Part shown: positions 9,206-19,227 of the stretch, piece by piece | How the letters are laid out: each line of letters starts with the position of its first letter | Numbering within the stretch: position 1 is the stretch's first letter | IMG/VR virus record: IMGVR_UViG_3300042307_001176 | Span: 32,001-96,000 of that record | DNA: 64,000 nt | DNA from: a virus | Direction: 5' to 3' (one strand) | Notes under the pieces: generated by a model | What the model saw: only the letters and a program-made list of their open reading frames with translations | Database searches by the model: none | Told to the model about the DNA's origin: nothing | Translations under genes and position numbers: made by a program

Positions 9206-10642
9206 ATGAGCGGGGAAAAAGTTAAGGACAAAAAATACAAGTCAATAGTAGATATTTCCACATTAAATGGCGATCAGAAGAAATCTTTTGATGAATTGAA
9301 AGATTTTATTTATGATAGGAATGACGATAGTATTTATGTACTAAAAGGATGGGCAGGAACAGGTAAAACCTATTGTGTTAGTTTCTTGGTGAAGTATGTT
9401 CTTGACGTGATTTATCCGAACAAAAATTGGTATAAAATAGCAGTAACTGGACCAACTAATAAATCTGTTAGAGTTATAAAAAAGACTACAGGTATAAAAA
9501 ATCCTAGAGTAACTTTTCAGACAATACATAAGCTTTTGGGACTGACTGAAAGAATCACTTCCGACGGTCAACAGGAGTTTGTAAATCAAGGAGATTTTGA
9601 GCCTCAGATAAAAAAGACAAAGCTTCTTATAATAGATGAGGTTTCTATGCTTAACGATGATTTATTTCACGAGATTCTTAGATATAGAAGTGATATCAAA
9701 ATAATCTGCATGGGAGATCCGGCTCAAATTCCTCCGGTTGGAAAACCTGATTGTATTCCATTTATGGATGAATTATTAGAAATGTATGGTATAAAAACTT
9801 TGGAGTTAAAAACCATCATGAGACAGAAAGGCGATAATCCTATAATTGATACATCAGTATTAATTAGAACTGATTTGGAAAATCCTTATATAGAGACTGG
9901 TATAGAATCTAATCTAAATGATAGAGGAGAGGGAATAGAATTTCTAAATCTTAATTCTTCTTCGATAAGAGAATCTTTTAATGATATACTTTCATCGTAT
10001 TTTAATAGTGAAGAATTTAAAGAAGATCCTGAATATTCTAAAATAATTGCATGGAGGAATAAGACAGTAGAGAAAATGAATCAATTAGTAAGGAAAGTTA
10101 TATACGGGGATGAATCTATTGGATCTAAGATATTACTAGGAGAAAAGCTTATAGCAAATAATCCTATAATTGAGATGGGACAAATTCTTTTCAACACTAA
10201 CGATGAATTTACTGTTGATAAATTTGAAATAAAAACTGAGAAGGTTAAGGTTGCTGACGAAGAAGGAGGCTTAAAATATTATGAAACTGGAGTTACATTC
10301 TTAAATGATGAAGACAAAAAAATCACATATTTTATTGATATTCTTCACGAGGACAGCGAATCATATTTCTTTGTTCTAGCAAACAAATTAAAAAAGATAG
10401 CAATAGAGAAAAAAGGCAAAGAAAAATCTTGGATAAAGTATTACGACTTTATCAGAAGATTTGCAGATGTTAGCTATGCTTATTCTATAACTGCTCATAA
10501 ATCTCAAGGAAGCACATATACAACAGCTTTTGTTTTGGATGATGATATAGATGTTAACCCCAATGTTGTAGAAAGAAATAGAATAAAATATACAGCATAC
10601 ACAAGATCAAGTAAAAAACTATATGTACTTAAACGATTCTAA
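9206..10642 (+). CDS. dda: Dda/RecD-like SF1B DNA helicase
   Basis: GWAGTGKT, TIHKLL, IIDEVSM, GDPAQIPPV, TAHKSQGST, YTAYTR. Confidence 0.9.
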   Translation: MSGEKVKDKKYKSIVDISTLNGDQKKSFDELKDFIYDRNDDSIYVLKGWAGTGKTYCVSFLVKYVLDVIYPNKNWYKIAVTGPTNKSVRVIKKTTGIKNPRVTFQTIHKLLGLTERITSDGQQEFVNQGDFEPQIKKTKLLIIDEVSMLNDDLFHEILRYRSDIKIICMGDPAQIPPVGKPDCIPFMDELLEMYGIKTLELKTIMRQKGDNPIIDTSVLIRTDLENPYIETGIESNLNDRGEGIEFLNLNSSSIRESFNDILSSYFNSEEFKEDPEYSKIIAWRNKTVEKMNQLVRKVIYGDESIGSKILLGEKLIANNPIIEMGQILFNTNDEFTVDKFEIKTEKVKVADEEGGLKYYETGVTFLNDEDKKITYFIDILHEDSESYFFVLANKLKKIAIEKKGKEKSWIKYYDFIRRFADVSYAYSITAHKSQGSTYTTAFVLDDDIDVNPNVVERNRIKYTAYTRSSKKLYVLKRF

Positions 10643-11012
10643 TATTAAACACCTGTTAGCCATTTTCTTCGGAATTGGAATTGCTGAAGAATTATCAATT
10701 CTATTTGATGTAAGAATGCCAATTTTAGCACTAACCTATGTTGTGTGTCTATTCATTGTGATATTCAATTTTTCCAAATTGAAAGAAGGTAAATACATAT
10801 GGGAACCTGGATTTGGATTAATAGGAATTTTTGCTATTCTATATCTTATATTTTTAGGTATTGGATACAAAGCCCAATTCTTTGGAAAATTATCAGCTGG
10901 TGTATCTTTAATGGTGTGGATAAGATCTATAAGATATTTAAGTGAAGATAAAACAGAAGAAAATAATGATCAAGATGATCAAGAAATAAATGAAGTAGAT
11001 GGAAATAAATGA
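10623..11012 (+). CDS. Multi-pass membrane protein
   Basis: About 4 hydrophobic segments. Confidence 0.6.
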   Translation: MYLNDSNIKHLLAIFFGIGIAEELSILFDVRMPILALTYVVCLFIVIFNFSKLKEGKYIWEPGFGLIGIFAILYLIFLGIGYKAQFFGKLSAGVSLMVWIRSIRYLSEDKTEENNDQDDQEINEVDGNK

Positions 11013-11433
11013 AAAATATAAACATATAGGATATTCATATCCAGGTGTTCCTAAAGGATGGAAGCATGTAGTTGAAAAAGCAATAGAGGATATTGAAAAA
11101 GCCATGTGGCCCAGTTGGATACCTATGTTTATTAAGCGTAAAATACACTTTTTAGCAACCGGAAATTCCGTTATTGGGATTAAGTATAGATTTTGGTATA
11201 AAGTGCGTAAGAAGCTAACTAACGGACAAATAGTAACGGATATTAAAGATAAGTTTGCAGGACTTAGAATATATGGACATTTTGGTCCAGAGATAGAAGA
11301 AATAGTAAAGCAAGCAGAAGATGAATGCTACAGAACTTGTGAAAGGTGTGGAAGCAATAAGAATGTAAGAACTATAGGTAAGGGATGGCTTTATAATCTA
11401 TGCAAATCTTGCAGATATAGTAAAAAGAAATAG
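10999..11433 (+). CDS. Hypothetical protein with C-terminal Zn ribbon
   Basis: IKDKFAGLRIY, CERCG...LCKSC. Confidence 0.7.
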   Translation: MEINEKYKHIGYSYPGVPKGWKHVVEKAIEDIEKAMWPSWIPMFIKRKIHFLATGNSVIGIKYRFWYKVRKKLTNGQIVTDIKDKFAGLRIYGHFGPEIEEIVKQAEDECYRTCERCGSNKNVRTIGKGWLYNLCKSCRYSKKK

Positions 11434-11474
11434 AATCGGTTTTTTACTCAAGTATTTAAAATTAAATTTATAGT

Positions 11475-12296
11475 GTGAAAAAGATATTAACCATAGGAGA
11501 TGTTCACGGTCGTAATAAATGGATGTTTCATACTCACGGAAGTGATTATGAATTCAATCATTGGCTGACGATGGTCGAAAATGGTGTTCCCGCGGACGAT
11601 AAGGAATTTTGGAAAGAAATGCCTTATACCCAATATGATAAGATAGTATTTGTTGGCGATTATGTTGATAGCTATGATCTTAGTAACGTATTGATTCTAG
11701 ATAATCTTAAAAAAATTCTTCTATTTAAAAAAGCATTACCTGATAAAGTTATACTTCTACTTGGAAATCATGATATACAATATTTTGTTCCTAATGAAGT
11801 GTGTAGTGGATATAGAGCAGAAATGAAACCAGATCTTTATCAGATATTTACTGAAAATCGGGAATGTTTTAAAGTAGCACATTTAGAAAAAGATAACACT
11901 GGTGTTAAGTATTTATGGACACATGCTGGTGTTACTAGTGGATGGTTAAAAGACACTCGTAATGACATTTATAATCCAAGATATAGAAATTATGAAATAA
12001 CTAAAGATTTTGATACAGAGGATCTTGAAAAGTTTATAAATGATCTATTTGAGCTAAGAGTAGATAATTTATTTAATGTGGATGCTCATAGTGGAGGATA
12101 CAACTTATGGGCAGGTCCTTTCTGGGTTAGACCAACAATTCTTAATGACTTTCCTTTAGAAGGAGTTAATCAAATAGTTGGACACACACCACAGAAGATG
12201 ATAAAAGATGTTATTTGTGGAGAGGTTACTCACTATTTAGTTGATTGTCTTTGGGAAGATTATAATGATGTCTTAGTTTTAGATATTGATGTATGA
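11475..12296 (+). CDS. Calcineurin-like metallophosphoesterase
   Basis: GDVHG, GDYVD, GNHD, THAG, GHT. Confidence 0.9.
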   Translation: MKKILTIGDVHGRNKWMFHTHGSDYEFNHWLTMVENGVPADDKEFWKEMPYTQYDKIVFVGDYVDSYDLSNVLILDNLKKILLFKKALPDKVILLLGNHDIQYFVPNEVCSGYRAEMKPDLYQIFTENRECFKVAHLEKDNTGVKYLWTHAGVTSGWLKDTRNDIYNPRYRNYEITKDFDTEDLEKFINDLFELRVDNLFNVDAHSGGYNLWAGPFWVRPTILNDFPLEGVNQIVGHTPQKMIKDVICGEVTHYLVDCLWEDYNDVLVLDIDV

Positions 12297-12613
12297 CAAG
12301 AAGATTTAAATTCTATAAGGAAGATAACAGATGGTTTGCTGATCTACCGGAATGGGAAGGAGAAAAAGACGATCTAGAGATGGTAATGGGTGCTGACATT
12401 TTATTAGAAATTCTTTCGGGAAATTCAGACTATTGTTATGTTACTTTTAGTGACGAGCCTTTTGATGATGCTAAGATTCTTTCTTACGATCATAACGAAT
12501 CTACTGCGGGATATTACAACAATGACGCGTGGCACGGTCCTTCTACTATTTGGCTTTGTTATGTGACTGAATTTGTTTTTGGAGGATATCCGGAGAAGAT
12601 TTATTTCTCGTAG
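12293..12613 (+). CDS. Conserved phage hypothetical protein
   Basis: WFADLPEW...LEMVMGAD...WLCYVT..VFGGYP; ATGA overlap with upstream gene. Confidence 0.7.
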   Translation: MTRRFKFYKEDNRWFADLPEWEGEKDDLEMVMGADILLEILSGNSDYCYVTFSDEPFDDAKILSYDHNESTAGYYNNDAWHGPSTIWLCYVTEFVFGGYPEKIYFS

Positions 12614-13053
12614 TATTCTATCATCTTTACAGCATTTGATATTAACCAGGCATCAACTTCAGGGACTTTCATTAAAAAATTAAGTTCGTATCTGTAGCAA
12701 AGGGACTCTTCCTTATTAGGATCTAATTTAAAGTAAAGTTGCTTAATGTATAGATGCATGGATTCATGAACTAGTATAGCAGCTATATTATAGATATTGG
12801 ATGACTTTATATCATTAACAGCTATAGTTATCATCGAATCTCCCTCAGTTGTTGAAAAAGCCCCGTTCCAATATCCTATATTATGACACGTCTCTAATAA
12901 AACATTATATTTTTCTTGATCATATTTTTTTATTATTAAAATTGCACTATCTACTTTATTTTTCCACCCATCCCCGACATCTGCTACTTTTATTTGTGCA
13001 AATAAAGGGAATAAATTAAAAGATATTAATAAAATAATACATGATCTAATCAT
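12601..13053 (-). CDS. Secreted HExxH metallopeptidase-like protein
   Basis: Signal peptide, LVHESMH, downstream EE. Confidence 0.65.
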   Translation of the reverse strand: MIRSCIILLISFNLFPLFAQIKVADVGDGWKNKVDSAILIIKKYDQEKYNVLLETCHNIGYWNGAFSTTEGDSMITIAVNDIKSSNIYNIAAILVHESMHLYIKQLYFKLDPNKEESLCYRYELNFLMKVPEVDAWLISNAVKMIEYYEK

Positions 13054-13502
13054 AGTTTAGAAGCTGCTTCGTGTATTGCTTTTTTAAGCGATGTTGATAC
13101 AGTCATTTTTTCGAAAGGAATAGCTCCTTCCTGAACCTCTATCATAATAGCTCTTATTTCGGTATCTGATTCACCTATACCTTCGTACTTGTTACCTTTA
13201 TAGTATAGCCTAACACCTACCTGTGTTATTGTATTAGTTTTTTCTACACCAACTATTCTTATTGTCGTTTTAGGTAAGCCAAAATAGAATACCTCAACCT
13301 TAACCGGATCACCTTCGTCAGAAAGACAAAACTTCTGAGATAACTCCTCCTCGACTATTTGTTTTATACCGAATCTTATATCCCTAGATCCTAGCTCTCT
13401 AAGCTTTGCTGTAACGTAAACCGTGTCTACCTTTACACAATCTTGTGCTTGTGCTGTTATACCAATAAGTACAAGTCCGAAAAATATGATAATTTTTTTC
13501 AT
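13050..13502 (-). CDS. Secreted protein
   Basis: SPI-type signal peptide (TAQA-Q). Confidence 0.7.
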   Translation of the reverse strand: MKKIIIFFGLVLIGITAQAQDCVKVDTVYVTAKLRELGSRDIRFGIKQIVEEELSQKFCLSDEGDPVKVEVFYFGLPKTTIRIVGVEKTNTITQVGVRLYYKGNKYEGIGESDTEIRAIMIEVQEGAIPFEKMTVSTSLKKAIHEAASKL

Positions 13503-14095
13503 TATTTAATAATATATTTAGTGTAGTCAGTTGATGCTGGCTTTTCATTTTTAAAATAATATCTCTCAACATTATTTCCGTATTTAATTGTCTTAATGTA
13601 TCCATCAGGTATTGTTGCACCAGTTGGTAATACTATAGATTTGCTAGAAAATATACATCTTATCTCGACAGTAACTGTTTTATTAGTTCTAGCAAGTTCT
13701 CTTTCTCTTACTTCTAATAATCTCCAAGTTGTTCTATTTAGGTTTTCTTGCTGTAGTGAGCAGTTCAAATATGTGAATGTTTTATATAATAATTCCTTAG
13801 TGCAATTAAAGTCCGCTGCTGGAGCTAAATGTCCTTTATCGTAAGGGTTATTTTCATAATCCTTATTGTCTGAAGTCAAAATTGAATCACATATATAAAA
13901 ATCCATCCCAGTCCTCGGAGCAGTTCCGTTTGGACATTGTACAGTGTATCTGATAAATTTAGGCTGTTGTAATTTTTCTGAGTATACAATCTCAAACATA
14001 TTAGTTTTAATGTATACTGAATCTCTTAACGTTTTTTGCCCATAAATAAATAATGGGGTTGTAAATAGTAAAAATGATAGTAATAGATTTTTCAT
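13502..14095 (-). CDS. Secreted DNA/RNA non-specific endonuclease (NucA-like)
   Basis: YDKGHLAPAAD, Q..NLNR..W..LE, signal peptide. Confidence 0.9.
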   Translation of the reverse strand: MKNLLLSFLLFTTPLFIYGQKTLRDSVYIKTNMFEIVYSEKLQQPKFIRYTVQCPNGTAPRTGMDFYICDSILTSDNKDYENNPYDKGHLAPAADFNCTKELLYKTFTYLNCSLQQENLNRTTWRLLEVRERELARTNKTVTVEIRCIFSSKSIVLPTGATIPDGYIKTIKYGNNVERYYFKNEKPASTDYTKYIIK

Positions 14096-15804
14096 TAGTC
14101 TGATTTTCCTGTTTTTATTATATAAAATACCGAAGACCCACCGGCCGTCGGATTAGTTAATGTTATGCTTTGTGATCCTGGATAAGATGGTACCGGATTT
14201 CCTGGGTGTGAATTTATTAATGTAAATTCTGTCTGCGTAATAATTCTATAATTAGGTACTCCAATAGGCCACGATAATCCATTTATTTTCATGTATATCC
14301 AATATATATCAGTAACAGAAAGTGTAGAATTAGTATTCACATCCATTCTATAGTAGTCCATTTTTTGAAAATTCTGATTCAATATTTTATCAATAAAGAA
14401 ATTTACGTCTAAATTATTTGGTAGATCTACAGACAAATTATCTAGTGTAACTTGAAAATCATAAATTGCTGTATCCAGCTGAGTAGTTATTGAAAAACTT
14501 CCTAATGAATTTGTAGTATAAGTCTGTAGTAACGTATATGTTAATCCTGATTTTAATTTATAAAATAACTTAACTGATATTCCAGGAACAGCTATAGATT
14601 TAGAGTTGTATATAATCCCTGAATACGTAAATGGAATAGGATAGTTTACTGTAGCAATGACTGGTGTTCTTGAAGAGCTAACACATCCACTTGTTGTGTT
14701 TCTTGACTGAGCATAGTATGTTGTTGTATTTGATATACTAGGTGTAGTGTAATTAGTAACACCTAGACCATTTGATAACACATTTCCCCCAATTGAGTTT
14801 GCGTACCAATCTACAGTAGATCCGGAAGGAGGGGTTGCAGATAAAGCAACAGTTCCAGCCAGCATCCTACTTCCGTTAATACCACCAGGAGCATTAGGAG
14901 CATTTGCAGCAGTACAAGATATTTGGTGGGTAACAAACCCGGTATAAAACTGTGTAAATGTTTGGTTAGCTGGATCAGTCCACGTACCGTATTCGATTAC
15001 ATAGGGACAAGAAAAATTATTTGGTAAATCGTTCCATTGGGATCCGTTCCATTTAGTAACAGCATAGTGTTCACCCCCTGCGTTATTAGGTTCTCCTCCA
15101 GCCCAGTTATTATATTGACCAGCTATGTTACCCGCAAATTGACCATTTTGAGTTTTAATTAAAGTTCCATTTTCTGGACCTGCATCTATTCTCCAATACC
15201 CTTCTTGAGCAACATCGGATAGTGCAAACCATATTTGAGACTGAGGTACATTATTATATATGAATGCGTCTTCGTCTGCTGATGTGATAGTTACTAAATA
15301 CCCAGTTTGCCCTTTAAACGTGGTAGCTGCAGCTGCAGATTTAGCTGAACTGTAAAATGCACCAGTTGAGATCGGTCTATAGAAATGTCCATTAGATGGA
15401 AGATAAAAGTACCCAACAGGATTCTCTGTAGCAGTTACTGCAATGTAAACATTACCTGGGATAGATCCAGTATTTAATCTTAAAGAAGCCAATACGCTAT
15501 TTACATTAGATAATGTCCCAGTAAAACTTATTCTCGTAAAGTTTGCTGTAATATTGTATCCAGTACTAGCAGTTACTCCTGCAGTTGTATTTAGTCTTAA
15601 TGTTGTTCCTGAAGGTGGATTAACCAATCCTATTGTGATTAGTAGAGTTGAAGAGGCATTAAATCCCGTTACTGAGAATCCACTTATAATTTGGTTAGAT
15701 GTATTTTGAGGGTATGATGATGCACTTGGTGCCACAACACTCTGTGCACTTAAAGAAGTCCAAGTGAATAATATTATTGCCCAATTACAAATCTTGTACC
15801 ACAT
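14095..15804 (-). CDS. Secreted C-type lectin + Ig-like + dockerin-like protein
   Basis: GYLVTITSADE, YNNWAGGEPNN, WNDL; TTTYYAQS Ig repeat; DVNTNSTLSVTDI; start at 15804 gives a signal peptide. Confidence 0.75.
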   Translation of the reverse strand: MWYKICNWAIILFTWTSLSAQSVVAPSASSYPQNTSNQIISGFSVTGFNASSTLLITIGLVNPPSGTTLRLNTTAGVTASTGYNITANFTRISFTGTLSNVNSVLASLRLNTGSIPGNVYIAVTATENPVGYFYLPSNGHFYRPISTGAFYSSAKSAAAATTFKGQTGYLVTITSADEDAFIYNNVPQSQIWFALSDVAQEGYWRIDAGPENGTLIKTQNGQFAGNIAGQYNNWAGGEPNNAGGEHYAVTKWNGSQWNDLPNNFSCPYVIEYGTWTDPANQTFTQFYTGFVTHQISCTAANAPNAPGGINGSRMLAGTVALSATPPSGSTVDWYANSIGGNVLSNGLGVTNYTTPSISNTTTYYAQSRNTTSGCVSSSRTPVIATVNYPIPFTYSGIIYNSKSIAVPGISVKLFYKLKSGLTYTLLQTYTTNSLGSFSITTQLDTAIYDFQVTLDNLSVDLPNNLDVNFFIDKILNQNFQKMDYYRMDVNTNSTLSVTDIYWIYMKINGLSWPIGVPNYRIITQTEFTLINSHPGNPVPSYPGSQSITLTNPTAGGSSVFYIIKTGKSD

Positions 15805-17471
15805 GTTATAGTATAATTTAAAGCGCTTGTTTTTAAATCCCAAGCTCCTCCGCCATTTATATTAAATTTGAATTTCTTAGTTATTTTTATGTTTGTTCCT
15901 ATACTTGGAAGCATCACATACGGTGATTTTAAAAGTACATCGTTATAATAACTTACATAAGGAGCATAAACCATTAAATTCATTAGTTTTATATCAAATC
16001 TTTTACCTACCCTAAAATCATATGTTCCACCCACTATTAATGCAGTTCCTAGAAATGATTCCCTATATACTGTACCGTATGAAACCGTGGCCATGTAAAG
16101 CAATTTAAGATTCTTTGGTTTTTTTATATTAAACATTTGTCCTGCTGCAAATGTTCCGTATAATGATCTATTACCTTCGAAACCTATTGTTAAAGTACCT
16201 GAAGTCAATATAATAGACTTAGGTCTTATCCATGCATAAAATGTTGTTATGTTAGGTCCTTTTAATGCTGATGTGTAATCTACAAGAGCACCATAGCTTC
16301 TTTTTCCGTCCCATCTCATCGATGTATATCCTCCTGTTGCTTTAGCACCAGTCTTAACTTCTGAGTTTTTAAAATTGAATCCTATAAAATCAGCACTTCC
16401 AACAACAGTTGGTTTTCCCCCTTCCTTACTAGTTGGTGTTGATTTAATTGTAGTAGAAGCACCTGCAGTTATATTTGTTTTGCCTTGTCCTTGTTCAGAT
16501 TGTGTGTTTGTTTGTCCTTCTTCCGTCTGCCCGTTAGAATTATTATTTCCTGAACCATTCCCATTATTCCCAGTGCTACCAGTATTACCATTGGGATTAT
16601 TATTACTAGATTCTCCATTTCCTGATGTTTGATTATTTGTTTGCGCATTCTCCGATTCTTGAGAAGTTGTATTACTGTTTTGCTGTTCCCCTTGTGTGCT
16701 TGTTGTTCCTTGAGTTTGTGTTGTTGTACCTTCCCCTGTAGTATTTGTTTGTCCGTTTTGAGTATTTCCACCACTAGTAGTTGTTGTGTTTCCTGGTCCT
16801 TGAGGTGTATTGGTTGTATTTCCTGTATTTTGTCCACCTTCAGGTTGGGATCCTGATCCTCCGTTTGTTGATCCTTGCCCTTCCTGTTGAGATCCAGATC
16901 CTCCGTTTGTTGATCCAGGTTCAGTATTTTGAGACCCTTCCTGCTGAGATCCTGTATTATTAGTCTGATTTTGAGATCCGTTTTCCTGTGTCTGTGTGTT
17001 ATTTGCTGATTCGTTATTGTTATTTTTTTTATTTTCTTTTTTTCCTTCACTCTTTCCTCCACCAGCATTAGAAACTGAATTTACTGATCCGCCTAATATA
17101 TTTGTTGATCCTGCTATATCTGATATAGTTGATAAAGAATTTAAAATACCTATTACATTTAATGCGGTACTTTGTGTTACGTTTACTGCTGTCCCTAGTC
17201 CAACTATTTCTGAGCAAGGACTATTTGTTCCGTATTGTGAAAATATGTTACTTGCCCACGCCTCAAAATTTCCATTAGTAAAATCGTTATAGCTAAAAGA
17301 TCCTATTGATCCATAATATCCTACTGTAACGTTTCCATTTATAGGGACTATTATTGTTTTATCGTTACCTGTACATGGATCGGTATAGGTGTAGTTGTAT
17401 GTCTGTGCACTTATTTTATAAGAACTGAATAGACAAACAAATAAGAGTAATATAATTGCATTTGGTTTCAA
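15774..17471 (-). CDS. Secreted protein with long N/Q/G/T-rich linker and C-terminal beta-rich (barrel-like) domain
   Basis: Signal peptide, low-complexity middle, amphipathic strands at C terminus. Confidence 0.7.
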   Translation of the reverse strand: MKPNAIILLLFVCLFSSYKISAQTYNYTYTDPCTGNDKTIIVPINGNVTVGYYGSIGSFSYNDFTNGNFEAWASNIFSQYGTNSPCSEIVGLGTAVNVTQSTALNVIGILNSLSTISDIAGSTNILGGSVNSVSNAGGGKSEGKKENKKNNNNESANNTQTQENGSQNQTNNTGSQQEGSQNTEPGSTNGGSGSQQEGQGSTNGGSGSQPEGGQNTGNTTNTPQGPGNTTTTSGGNTQNGQTNTTGEGTTTQTQGTTSTQGEQQNSNTTSQESENAQTNNQTSGNGESSNNNPNGNTGSTGNNGNGSGNNNSNGQTEEGQTNTQSEQGQGKTNITAGASTTIKSTPTSKEGGKPTVVGSADFIGFNFKNSEVKTGAKATGGYTSMRWDGKRSYGALVDYTSALKGPNITTFYAWIRPKSIILTSGTLTIGFEGNRSLYGTFAAGQMFNIKKPKNLKLLYMATVSYGTVYRESFLGTALIVGGTYDFRVGKRFDIKLMNLMVYAPYVSYYNDVLLKSPYVMLPSIGTNIKITKKFKFNINGGGAWDLKTSALNYTITCGTRFVIGQ

Positions 17472-18214
17472 TTTTTAAATATCCCTTTCGTAATCATTCT
17501 GCTTACCACTCTTGACGATGCGGTTTCTAAAGCTTTCTTTGTGGATATACCTATAGTTGATTGATTAAATTTAACATCATCTGAAATATCACCTAAAATA
17601 TTAGATGTTTTTACTGTGCTTGCTTCACCTAATCCAGATCCCACAATAACTTGACTTGTTTCAGCATCTACGAATTTTATTTGTAATCCTAATCTTGTTG
17701 TTTGTGTAGTTGTTTGTTGTCCGTTAATCTTAACAACCTCATCTTCAGAAACACTAAAGTCATATACTTCAATGTATACAAAATATTTGGCTAGTATTAC
17801 ATTTCCTTTTACGTCTATTTTGTTAACTGATATACCCTTATCTGAAGCTTTATCTTGTGATATCATTCTTTGCTTAATATCTTCTTTTTCTTCAGTGAAT
17901 ATGAATCTACCAGTATACTCTAGATATTCTATAACTATATTGGTTACACCTAAGCCTACCCTTTTGTCTTTGAGCTCTGGATATAATTCATATAATTCCT
18001 CATTTATACCAATCTTTAAAAGCTGTATAGGAACTTGTATTGTGTCTGTATAATCTGCAACATCGTTTATAGATTGCTTTTTTTCAAACTCTGCCTGATA
18101 TTGTTCAGTTTTTACTGAGCCAATACCACCGCCATTATTTTGAGGTGGCTGTGCCTGTAAATTTTTACAACCAAATAAGCTTAATATTGATATTATGAAT
18201 ATTATTTTTTTCAT
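17468..18214 (-). CDS. CsgG-like outer-membrane lipoprotein
   Basis: Lipobox LFGC (start at 18214), TGRF..., LQIKFVDAETSQVI. Confidence 0.7.
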   Translation of the reverse strand: MKKIIFIISILSLFGCKNLQAQPPQNNGGGIGSVKTEQYQAEFEKKQSINDVADYTDTIQVPIQLLKIGINEELYELYPELKDKRVGLGVTNIVIEYLEYTGRFIFTEEKEDIKQRMISQDKASDKGISVNKIDVKGNVILAKYFVYIEVYDFSVSEDEVVKINGQQTTTQTTRLGLQIKFVDAETSQVIVGSGLGEASTVKTSNILGDISDDVKFNQSTIGISTKKALETASSRVVSRMITKGIFKN

Positions 18215-18216
18215 TT

Positions 18217-18858
18217 TTACTCTTCTATTTGACTTCTTAATAATCCACATGTTTGGCATTCTTCAAAACCATCACCATCTGAGTCTCCCCAAATATGCTC
18301 GCAATTTCTATGTTCAAAGTATTCATCAATATCTCCATCGCCATCAGTATCGTAACCGTCATTTACTCCGTCACCATCTTCGTCAACTTCAACTTTTTGT
18401 GATTCGTTTACAATATATTGTTCTACAGGAGAAAAATATTCAACTGCCGGTTCCTCTTCGTAAACTTCCTCTACGTCTTCAGTTTTTTTTTCGGCGGTAG
18501 GTGAATCCATGGAAGGATCAGCAACATTAGAAAGAGTTACACCATCTTCTTCGTCAACTTTTTGAATTAGCATTTTATCTCTATCTTCAGAATTGAACCA
18601 ATAATCTACTACTTTATTTAAGTTACCTACAAATGCTCCTAATAGTATTAATAGCATTTCTTTCCAATCTTCTCCGATGCTCTTTCCTAAAAATACGCCA
18701 GCATTAATACCTAATATAATAAGAGTAAATAATCCTAATACGATTGCTGTTATTCTCCATCTATTTGCTTGCATCTGTTGAAGCATGTAGTAGAACCTAT
18801 TTTTATCTTCTACTTTGACATAGTCAGTTTTACTGTTAAAGAAATTTTTAATTGCCAT
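18217..18858 (-). CDS. Two-TM protein with acidic DxDGDG Ca-binding-like repeats
   Basis: Two TM helices; DEDGDG, DTDGDG, DSDGDG. Confidence 0.7.
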   Translation of the reverse strand: MAIKNFFNSKTDYVKVEDKNRFYYMLQQMQANRWRITAIVLGLFTLIILGINAGVFLGKSIGEDWKEMLLILLGAFVGNLNKVVDYWFNSEDRDKMLIQKVDEEDGVTLSNVADPSMDSPTAEKKTEDVEEVYEEEPAVEYFSPVEQYIVNESQKVEVDEDGDGVNDGYDTDGDGDIDEYFEHRNCEHIWGDSDGDGFEECQTCGLLRSQIEE

Positions 18859-18881
18859 TTTTTTTTATTTTTTTTATTTTT

Positions 18882-19223
18882 TTACCAAGATTCCTCTTCC
18901 TCTTTTTTAGGTTTAATAGGTTCTTGTGTTGTTGGTGCAGGTTTTTCAATAATTCTTTCGTGTATAATTGTATTACCTCCACCATTTTCAGTCTTTTGTT
19001 TATTCTCCTGATTTTGCTCTACATTGATAGTAATTGGTGCTTGTCCCCCAGATTGTTCTGTTTTATTTTCCTCTGCTGGTTCGTCGCTACCGCCTCCGAA
19101 CAATGTAGTACTTAACCATATTCCACCGCCTGCAATTACTGTAGTTAGTGTTCCGATGATTGTCTTTTTTAATCCAGACCAAGTTCCATCATTAGTCTCT
19201 GGTGCATTTGTTTCTTCGCTCAT
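18882..19223 (-). CDS. Single-TM hypothetical protein
   Basis: One hydrophobic segment, within operon. Confidence 0.65.
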   Translation of the reverse strand: MSEETNAPETNDGTWSGLKKTIIGTLTTVIAGGGIWLSTTLFGGGSDEPAEENKTEQSGGQAPITINVEQNQENKQKTENGGGNTIIHERIIEKPAPTTQEPIKPKKEEEESW

Positions 19224-19227
19224 ATTT

